The notes beneath the pieces were generated by a model. The model did no database searches. It was not told the origin of the DNA and saw only the letters and a list, made by a program, of their open reading frames with translations. From assembly GCA_030745755.1 (NCBI GenBank), contig JASLOA010000017.1:8896-72895 (forward strand): DNA of 64,000 nucleotides, written 5' to 3'. Shown here one piece after another: positions 57,508 through 64,000 of this stretch; position 1 is the first letter of the stretch; every line of letters begins with the position of its first letter. Source of the stretch: Kiritimatiellia bacterium. Lineage in GTDB: Bacteria; Verrucomicrobiota; Kiritimatiellia; UBA8416; JABMPJ01. The position numbers and the translations under genes are program-made.

Positions 57508-58844
57508 TATTCCTGGTCTTTCCTATCTTGTATCTGCGCATGCGGAGCCGCCTGCGACGCGTCATCGTCTTCGCTGCTGAAGCCGAAGAGGTCGCTCACG
57601 ATCTCCGTGTATTCTTCCCATCGTCCATTCTTTGCCGCCCGCTTCATACTTTCCCGGGGTGCGGCAAGAACCTTGTTTACTATCTTCGTCGCCAGCACGC
57701 GAATCTCTTCGTGCGCGGCCCCGGGCAGGGCCGACAGCGCTTCCTTCGCGAGGGCCCGCTCCAGTGCATCCGCAGCGATGCGGCGCCCATGGGCATCAAA
57801 TTGCTGCATCATGCGCCCGAGACCGGGAGTGTCGGGCACAGCCTTCAGCTCTGCAACACCCTCTCTTACGATCTCCCACGCCTTGTCCATCTCCGCCTGG
57901 CGCCGGGCAAGATTTGTCGCGGCCATCTTCTGCAGGTCGTCAATGTGGTACAGGTAGACGTTCTGCAGTTCACCAACAGCGGCCTCAACATCCCGTGGGA
58001 CGGCGATATCGATCAGCAGTATCGGCCGTCCACGGCGTGTCTCGACGGCGCGGCGCATGGCTTCCGTGTGCACGACGCAGTGGGGTGCGCTGGTTGAACT
58101 GATCAGGATATCGGTGCGTGGCAGGTAGTCCTTCAGCAGGTCCCACTGGATCGCACGGCCGCCATATTGTTCGGCCAATGCCCGCCCGTTCCCGTGCGAT
58201 CGGTTCAGAACCAGTACATCGGCTACGCCCTTCTCAATCAGGCTCCTGAGGGCCAGTTCGGCTGTTTCGCCGGCACCCACGATCATGACGGTCTTCTCGC
58301 CCAGGTCTTCAAACACCTTCCCGGAAAACTCCACGGCAAGCGAACTGACCGAAACGCGACCCCGGCAGATATCCGTCTCCGAATGCACGCGTTTCGCGCT
58401 TCGGAAGGCGCCCTGGAATGCGGTATGCAGCAGTTTACCGATCGTCTGCGCCTCCTGCGCGAGCAGGTAAGCCTGCTTGACCTGGCCCAGGATTTCAGTC
58501 TCGCCCACGACCATCGAATCCAAGCTCGCGGCGACAGCGAGCAGATGCTCGACGGCCTGGGGGCCTTTCTTGGTGTAGAAATGCGGTCGCAACACGTCGC
58601 TCTGCGCGGCGCCGACATCTGCCAGCAGCAGTCCAACCAGGTCCGCACCTTTCAGGACCTCGGGCGCGGCGGCGGCATACAGCTCCGTTCGGTTGCAGGT
58701 CGAGACGAGGGCCAATTCCGCCTCAGGAATCTGAGCCCGGATACGCTGCAGGGCTCTCGGGATGGTCTCCGGCCGAAATGCAACCGTTTCCCTGACCTCG
58801 ATCGGGGCCGTCCGGAAATTAATACCTATTGCTGCCAGGTTCAT
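57507..58844 (-). CDS. hemA: Glutamyl-tRNA reductase
   Basis: STCNRTE, SLDSMVVGETEILGQVK, VSVSS, GAGE, NRS, IDIAVPRD. Confidence 0.97.
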   Translation of the reverse strand: MNLAAIGINFRTAPIEVRETVAFRPETIPRALQRIRAQIPEAELALVSTCNRTELYAAAAPEVLKGADLVGLLLADVGAAQSDVLRPHFYTKKGPQAVEHLLAVAASLDSMVVGETEILGQVKQAYLLAQEAQTIGKLLHTAFQGAFRSAKRVHSETDICRGRVSVSSLAVEFSGKVFEDLGEKTVMIVGAGETAELALRSLIEKGVADVLVLNRSHGNGRALAEQYGGRAIQWDLLKDYLPRTDILISSTSAPHCVVHTEAMRRAVETRRGRPILLIDIAVPRDVEAAVGELQNVYLYHIDDLQKMAATNLARRQAEMDKAWEIVREGVAELKAVPDTPGLGRMMQQFDAHGRRIAADALERALAKEALSALPGAAHEEIRVLATKIVNKVLAAPRESMKRAAKNGRWEEYTEIVSDLFGFSSEDDDASQAAPHAQIQDRKDQE

Positions 58845-59695
58845 CAGAAGTCGGTTGCTCCAACAGCCACGAAGATATGACTCCCATCGGCGAAGATATG
58901 AATACCCAGAAAGGTCAACAGCACGAGGATGAACCCCGCAATGGTCACGAGGGCCATTCCCTGTCCGTGCCGGTGCGCACTGGTGCGCATATGCACCAGG
59001 ACTGCGTAGATGCCCCAGATCACGATGGTGGACATCACCTTGGGGTCACGGACCCACTCGTACCCCACCCCGCTGAGACGGGCGAGATGAACCCCGAACG
59101 CGAGCGACAGAGTCAGCATCAGGAAGGCCGCGCCAATCTGGCGCGACATGAGATGATCGAGCGACTCCAAGGGAGGTAATCGTTCAAACACCACACCCAA
59201 ATGCTTGCGTTTGAGGTTGTTGTTCTGGACCACGTAGGCAAGCGCCAGGACACCGGATACCGTGCAGAGGGCAAACCCAATGAAGGCCGTGCAGACGTGC
59301 AGCCCCAGCCATGTACTGCCGGCCGCAGGAGACGTCTGCACCTGCTGCCCCATCGCGGAGCCGCCCAGAAGCAGGCACAGGGTAACATATGGGACCAGGA
59401 CCACTGAGATCCCGCGCATGCGGTGTTGCAAGGCGACATAGAGATAGGTCGCAATCACGCTGAGGGCATAGAACAGCAGCATGTCAGAACGGCCAAACAC
59501 GGGAAGCCGGCCTGCTTGCAGACCGTGTAGTGACAGTACGGCGAGCAGCGGGACGGCGCCGGCGCTCAGCAACATGATGATCCGTTTCTCACCGGCCTTG
59601 CCGGGGGACACCATGTAGAGGACCGAGAACGCTGAGGCCAGGCAGCACAGCACTGTCCCAATGCCTGTAAGAATCGATCCGAGAAAGCCCATCAT
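58844..59695 (-). CDS. CcsA-like (HemX/YpjD-type) membrane protein
   Basis: About 8 TM helices; WLGLHV, LPPLESLD, DPK with a degenerate Trp-rich motif; TGATG-coupled to hemA. Confidence 0.8.
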   Translation of the reverse strand: MMGFLGSILTGIGTVLCCLASAFSVLYMVSPGKAGEKRIIMLLSAGAVPLLAVLSLHGLQAGRLPVFGRSDMLLFYALSVIATYLYVALQHRMRGISVVLVPYVTLCLLLGGSAMGQQVQTSPAAGSTWLGLHVCTAFIGFALCTVSGVLALAYVVQNNNLKRKHLGVVFERLPPLESLDHLMSRQIGAAFLMLTLSLAFGVHLARLSGVGYEWVRDPKVMSTIVIWGIYAVLVHMRTSAHRHGQGMALVTIAGFILVLLTFLGIHIFADGSHIFVAVGATDF

Positions 59696-59955
59696 GTAGT
59701 CCCTCGCCCCCTGCATCAGCCACGGAAGCCCCTGCTCCGTGACCCCACTCAAGAATAACGATCCGCATTTTATCCTACTGTCTCAACTGGTAGCAACCTT
59801 CATGTTGCCATACGATATGGTGCATTTACCCCTCTTTCACGTGTGCTCCTCACAGCCCCATCCGACCAATCCAAGAAGAATCCACTTGAGAGAAGAGCAC
59901 GGGGTAGGCATAGTACGTGACTCCGTTGAAGCAGTCACAGGAGAAGGATTGACCC

Positions 59956-60306
59956 ATGGGAAGCCCACTGCAGCCCGTCGTTTCCGCGTTTTTCGCAGTC
60001 GTTCTTGCCGGCGCCCTGACTGCCGCCGAGGGGCATGACCCATCGCTCTACGCCGGCGCCAACTCCTGCCGCATGTGCCACAGGGAGAAGTACAAGTCCA
60101 AGGCGGTCATGATGGACCGCGACAGGTGCATTGAGAAGGGGATGATCTATCCGGCCACAGAGAGCTGCGTCCTCCCCCACAACGATGAGTCCCCCTCCTG
60201 GGATCCGGAGCGATACACCACGAAGGACGGCAAGAAGGTCGGGTTCGATGTCGAGCAGGCCTACGGGAGGATCAAGCACCCCGTGCCGGCTGAGCACAAG
60301 ACATGA
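59956..60306 (+). CDS. c-type cytochrome (one CxxCH), cytochrome c554-like framework
   Basis: Signal peptide; YAGANSCRMCH; later CVLPH; distal KHP; ATGA overlap with resB. Confidence 0.7.
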   Translation: MGSPLQPVVSAFFAVVLAGALTAAEGHDPSLYAGANSCRMCHREKYKSKAVMMDRDRCIEKGMIYPATESCVLPHNDESPSWDPERYTTKDGKKVGFDVEQAYGRIKHPVPAEHKT

Positions 60307-61562
60307 GCCGGACTGACACAGATGGACCGCGAGATGAAGCGCCGGCAAAGAAAGCCGGGCTTGCCTCGTTTCTGGCTTCAGTGCCTTTTGCCGCATCCGT
60401 AATCGCCATCATTGCCGTGGCGTGCATCGTGGGTACATTGCTACCCCAGGGCGAACAGGTCGCGGACTATCTCCAGGAGCACCCCGAGAACGAGGGGCAG
60501 ATGGAGCTGCTCGCTTTCCTGGGGCTGACCAACGTCTTTTCCGCGCCATGGTTCATCGGGCTTCTAGGGTTGCTGGCTGCCAGCCTGTCTGTCTGCACCT
60601 ATCGCAGAGTGCTGGCCGCAAGGGGCAAGCAGGGCAAAGCACTCGGGCGTGTTTGGGGATCGGTCCTGACGCACATCAGTCTCCTGCTTATCCTGGGCGG
60701 GGGCGTGGTACGCGGCATATGGGGCGAACGCGGTGACATCTCTTTCCGGGAAGGGGACACCACGGACCACTTCGTCGTCAACCGGTCAGCCAGCAAGCTG
60801 CCCTTCTCCGTCACACTGGAGAAGTTCGAGATTGAGACCTACAGCAACCAGGAGGAGCCGTCTCATCCTGCCGCGGGTGACATCCATGAGCAGCTGCAGA
60901 TCGCCTGGAAGGAGCGGAACCTGGAATGGACTCTCCCCATCAGGCTGGATGCGGTGCAGCAGTTCGGCCCGGATGGAGCAGACCGAAAGCCGGAGGATTC
61001 GTTCCAACTCACAATACTGCGCCGTATCACAGACTTCGTCGTGGACATGGACACCGGCGAGGTGACCAGCCGGTCAGATGCCTTCAACAATCCGGCCATC
61101 CTGGTAGAAGTCGTCAACAACGGCCACACAAACGCGCAGTGGGCATTCGCGCGATATCCGGACTTCAACATGCACAGCGAGGAAGACAAGGCAGGCAGAG
61201 GGGCTCAGCTCACCTTCCGCTACGAAGTGATGGTTCCGGCACAGCCACAGGCAACCGTCAAGGATTACAAGAGCACACTGGTCATCTCCGAAGATGGAGT
61301 CGTCGTCAGGAAGAAGACCATAGAGGTCAACGCACCGCTTTCTTACAGGGGCTACACGTTCTATCAGTCAGGCTACAACCCCAAGGATCCGAAATGGACA
61401 TCACTCCAGGTTGTGCGCGACCCAGGCGTGCCGATTGTCTATGCCGGGTTCGGGTTCATGATCCTGGGGTTGATCGCGGTATTCTATGTCTGCCCGGGCG
61501 GCAGACCCGCAACGCGGCCCGGCGTGACCAAGGAGGGTGCATCCAGTGACGACACTATTTAA
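60303..61562 (+). CDS. resB: Cytochrome c biogenesis protein ResB/CcsB (system II)
   Basis: VGTLLPQ, VFSAPWF, LTHISLLLIL.G, IEVNAPL.YRGYTFYQSGY, VRDPG.PIVY.GF. Confidence 0.88.
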   Translation: MSRTDTDGPRDEAPAKKAGLASFLASVPFAASVIAIIAVACIVGTLLPQGEQVADYLQEHPENEGQMELLAFLGLTNVFSAPWFIGLLGLLAASLSVCTYRRVLAARGKQGKALGRVWGSVLTHISLLLILGGGVVRGIWGERGDISFREGDTTDHFVVNRSASKLPFSVTLEKFEIETYSNQEEPSHPAAGDIHEQLQIAWKERNLEWTLPIRLDAVQQFGPDGADRKPEDSFQLTILRRITDFVVDMDTGEVTSRSDAFNNPAILVEVVNNGHTNAQWAFARYPDFNMHSEEDKAGRGAQLTFRYEVMVPAQPQATVKDYKSTLVISEDGVVVRKKTIEVNAPLSYRGYTFYQSGYNPKDPKWTSLQVVRDPGVPIVYAGFGFMILGLIAVFYVCPGGRPATRPGVTKEGASSDDTI

Positions 61563-62337
61563 CGTCAGTTTTACAGCCTACCTACTGGCACTTCTGGTCA
61601 GTGTATTTGCGCTCTTCTCAAAGCGCCGACTCGTCGATGTGACAGGAATCGGACTCCTGGCGGCCGGGGCGCTGGTCCAGACCGTATACATGCTGGTTCG
61701 CTGGTCGGAAGCGGGGCGCGCGCCTTTCAGCAACATGTTCGAATCACTCGTGCTCTTTGCGTGGGCTATCGCCGTGGTCTACATTGTTCTGAGTATCAAG
61801 ATCAGGGTCAGAGCCCTTGCCGCGGCCACCGCACTGATCACCGTGGTGACCCTGGCGTACGCCAGTGCGTTCGAATCAGATATTCGCCCGCTGATGCCGG
61901 CCCTGCAGAGCAACTGGCTCTCTGTGCATGTGTTTAGCTGTCTTCTTGGCTATGCCGGGTTTGCAATCTCGTTTCTCTCCGCCATCATCTTCCTGGTTGC
62001 CGCCAGGGAGCGGAGCAAGGCGACGAAGGAGATACGCGACGCGATGGAAGAGACAACAGACAAGACCATCGCCTTCGGCTTCCTGTTTCTCGCCATCGGC
62101 ATCATCACCGGGGCGGTGTGGGCCAACTCCGCCTGGGGCACGTATTGGTCCTGGGATCCCAAGGAGACGTGGTCGCTTATCACGTGGTTTGTTTACGCCA
62201 TCTACCTGCACTGCCGCTACATGCGCGGGTGGCGTGGGAAACGCGCTGCATGGATTGCGATCGTGGGCTTCATCTCCATCCTCTTCACGTACATCGGCGT
62301 CAACTTCCTACTCTCCGGGCTGCATAGCTACGCCTGA
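61546..62337 (+). CDS. ccsA: Cytochrome c biogenesis heme synthase CcsA/ResC
   Basis: APFSNMFES, PALQSNWL.VHV, GAVWANSAWGTYWSWDPKETW, YLH, GLHSY; GTG start after AGGAGG. Confidence 0.93.
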   Translation: MTTLFNVSFTAYLLALLVSVFALFSKRRLVDVTGIGLLAAGALVQTVYMLVRWSEAGRAPFSNMFESLVLFAWAIAVVYIVLSIKIRVRALAAATALITVVTLAYASAFESDIRPLMPALQSNWLSVHVFSCLLGYAGFAISFLSAIIFLVAARERSKATKEIRDAMEETTDKTIAFGFLFLAIGIITGAVWANSAWGTYWSWDPKETWSLITWFVYAIYLHCRYMRGWRGKRAAWIAIVGFISILFTYIGVNFLLSGLHSYA

Positions 62338-62351
62338 GTCGCCAGCGTGGA

Positions 62352-62483
62352 CTCGTGCAAACAGCTGCATCTCGCTATGACGACCCCGGCTACTTCTCAC
62401 GCGTCTTCAGGAAGCACACCGGTGCGTCACCACGCGAGTGGCGCGAGTCTTTGAGTACACAGGATACACCTGCACAGTCGTGA
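62352..62483 (+). pseudogene. 3' remnant of an AraC/XylS-family regulator
   Basis: Frame reads ...AASRYDDPGYFSRVFRKHTGASPREWRE...stop, the AraC second-HTH signature; no ATG, and an in-frame stop lies upstream at 62325. Confidence 0.7.
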
Positions 62484-62616
62484 GGCGCACCTGCACCACC
62501 TGATTGCCGCTCCAGAGGGGTGTTTCTTTCCCTTTTCGCGCTCGCCAGGGTCAAAATCCGGCTCTGACCCGAAAGTGCTTTCGCTACGGGAATCGACCTC
62601 GTAAGATGGTCGTCTT

Positions 62617-64000
62617 GTGAGTAAGGAAAAGCCGTTCGTCCATCTTCATCTGCACACCGCGTTCAGCCTTCTGGACGGGGCCTGCCCCGTCAAGCGCCTG
62701 ATGGACGCCGTGGCCGAAAAGGAGATGCCGGCGGTCGCCATCACCGATCACGGCGTCATGTATGGCTGCATCGACTTCTACAAGGCGGCCCGCGACAAGG
62801 GCATCAAGCCGATCATCGGCTGCGAGTTCTACATCACACCCGGCAGCCGCCACGACCGTCGTATTGAGGGGCAGAAGGTGCAGAACCATCACCTCGTCCT
62901 GCTGGCCAGGGATATGGTTGGCTATCACAACCTGGTCCGGCTCTGCACGACGGCCCACATGGAAGGTTTCTACTACAAGCCTCGTATCGACATGGAGATC
63001 CTCTCCAAGTGGAACGAGGGGCTCATCGGGCTCAGCGCCTGCCTCAAGGGCGAGGTCACCTCGCGCCTGGCGGATGAGGACCTGGCCGGCGCCATCGCCA
63101 AGGCGAACGCGTACGGCGATGTTCTGGGACGCGACAATTTCTACATTGAGATACAGGACCACGGCATCCCGGAACAGCGCGTGGCCAACAAGCTCATGGC
63201 CGAACTGTCCACCCAGACCGGCTTTCCACTTGTGGCAACCAATGACGTGCATTACCTGCAGAAGTCCGACTCTGCGGCGCATGAGGTACTGCTCTGCCTC
63301 CAGACCCAGACGGTTCTGAGCGACCCCAAACACATGCGCTACCGCACCGACGAGTTCTACCTCAAGAGCCGCGAGGAGATGGACGTGATCTTTCGCGACT
63401 ACCCCGGAGCGGTCGATATCACCAACGAGATCGCCGACCGCTGCAATGTCGAGTTCGAGTTCGGTAAGCTCCACTTCCCCTCATACGACGCGACAGAGGG
63501 ACTCTCACACCGCGAGTACCTGGTCAAGCTCGGGCACGAGGGCATTGCGCGGCTCTACGATATTCCCGATCCGGCCAGCCCTGCCAGCGATACAGAGACA
63601 GAGATCATGGAGCGTTTCGATCACGAGATGGCGGTGATCGAAAAGACCGGCTTCGTGAACTACTTCCTCGTGGTGTGGGACTTTATGAACTATGCGCGGA
63701 AACACGATATCCCGGTCGGCCCCGGGCGCGGATCGGGAGGTGGCAGCATCGTGGCCTATGCCCTCGGCATCACAACGATTGATCCGTTGCGCTATGAACT
63801 GATCTTCGAGCGCTTCCTCAACCCGGAGCGGGTCTCACCGCCCGACTTCGACATCGACTTCTGCCAAGCGCGCCGCAGCGAAGTAATTGAGTACGTGAAG
63901 GACAAATACGGCCGCGACAGTGTCGCGCAGATCATCACCTTCGGATCCCTGGGCGCCAAGACCGTTATTCGCGACGTCGGCCGTGTGCTGGAGGTCCCCT
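62617..64000 (+). CDS. dnaE: DNA polymerase III alpha subunit (5' part, runs off window)
   Basis: [64 protein letters not shown]; absent from the ORF track because it lacks a stop in the window. Confidence 0.97.
   Translation, partial: MSKEKPFVHLHLHTAFSLLDGACPVKRLMDAVAEKEMPAVAITDHGVMYGCIDFYKAARDKGIKPIIGCEFYITPGSRHDRRIEGQKVQNHHLVLLARDMVGYHNLVRLCTTAHMEGFYYKPRIDMEILSKWNEGLIGLSACLKGEVTSRLADEDLAGAIAKANAYGDVLGRDNFYIEIQDHGIPEQRVANKLMAELSTQTGFPLVATNDVHYLQKSDSAAHEVLLCLQTQTVLSDPKHMRYRTDEFYLKSREEMDVIFRDYPGAVDITNEIADRCNVEFEFGKLHFPSYDATEGLSHREYLVKLGHEGIARLYDIPDPASPASDTETEIMERFDHEMAVIEKTGFVNYFLVVWDFMNYARKHDIPVGPGRGSGGGSIVAYALGITTIDPLRYELIFERFLNPERVSPPDFDIDFCQARRSEVIEYVKDKYGRDSVAQIITFGSLGAKTVIRDVGRVLEVP

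Overview
GC-rich bacterial chromosomal window, mostly core genes. The gene inventory (SHD1 protein, PQQ-type propeller, DUF6786-like lipoprotein, siroheme-dependent heme pathway, PPi-PFK) suggests an anaerobic PVC-superphylum organism such as Kiritimatiellia; this is inference. In order: gyrA, gyrB, efp-epmA, obgE-rpmA-rplU, a small accessory patch (RhuM, REP pair, SHD1 membrane protein), rnr, thrC, acylphosphatase, NifU-like, tRNA-Leu, a REC-PAS-PAS kinase lacking its phospho-His, folC/comF/mtnP, tRNA-Lys, a BrnT/BrnA toxin-antitoxin pair, rnc, xerD, two phosphofructokinases, a sugar ABC cluster, tRNA-Pro, an MFS transporter, bcp, ogt, htpG, an Rrf2-sufBCDSU operon, a sensor kinase, a complete glutamyl-tRNA-to-heme operon (ccsA-like, hemA, ahbC, ahbD, ahbAB, cbiK, sirC, hemC-cobA-hemD fusion, hemB, hemL) divergent from a cytochrome c/ResB/CcsA operon, an AraC remnant and the 5' part of dnaE. 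Most unusual: the triple HemC-CobA-HemD fusion with a truncated HemC, a CbiK lacking two of three usual metal ligands, a cytochrome c that looks like a collapsed multiheme protein, the His-to-Arg pseudokinase, a 220-bp foldback element, and several families of intergenic palindromic, heptamer and attC-like repeats with no cognate transposase or integrase in the window. All family assignments are from motif recognition; no database searches were run.
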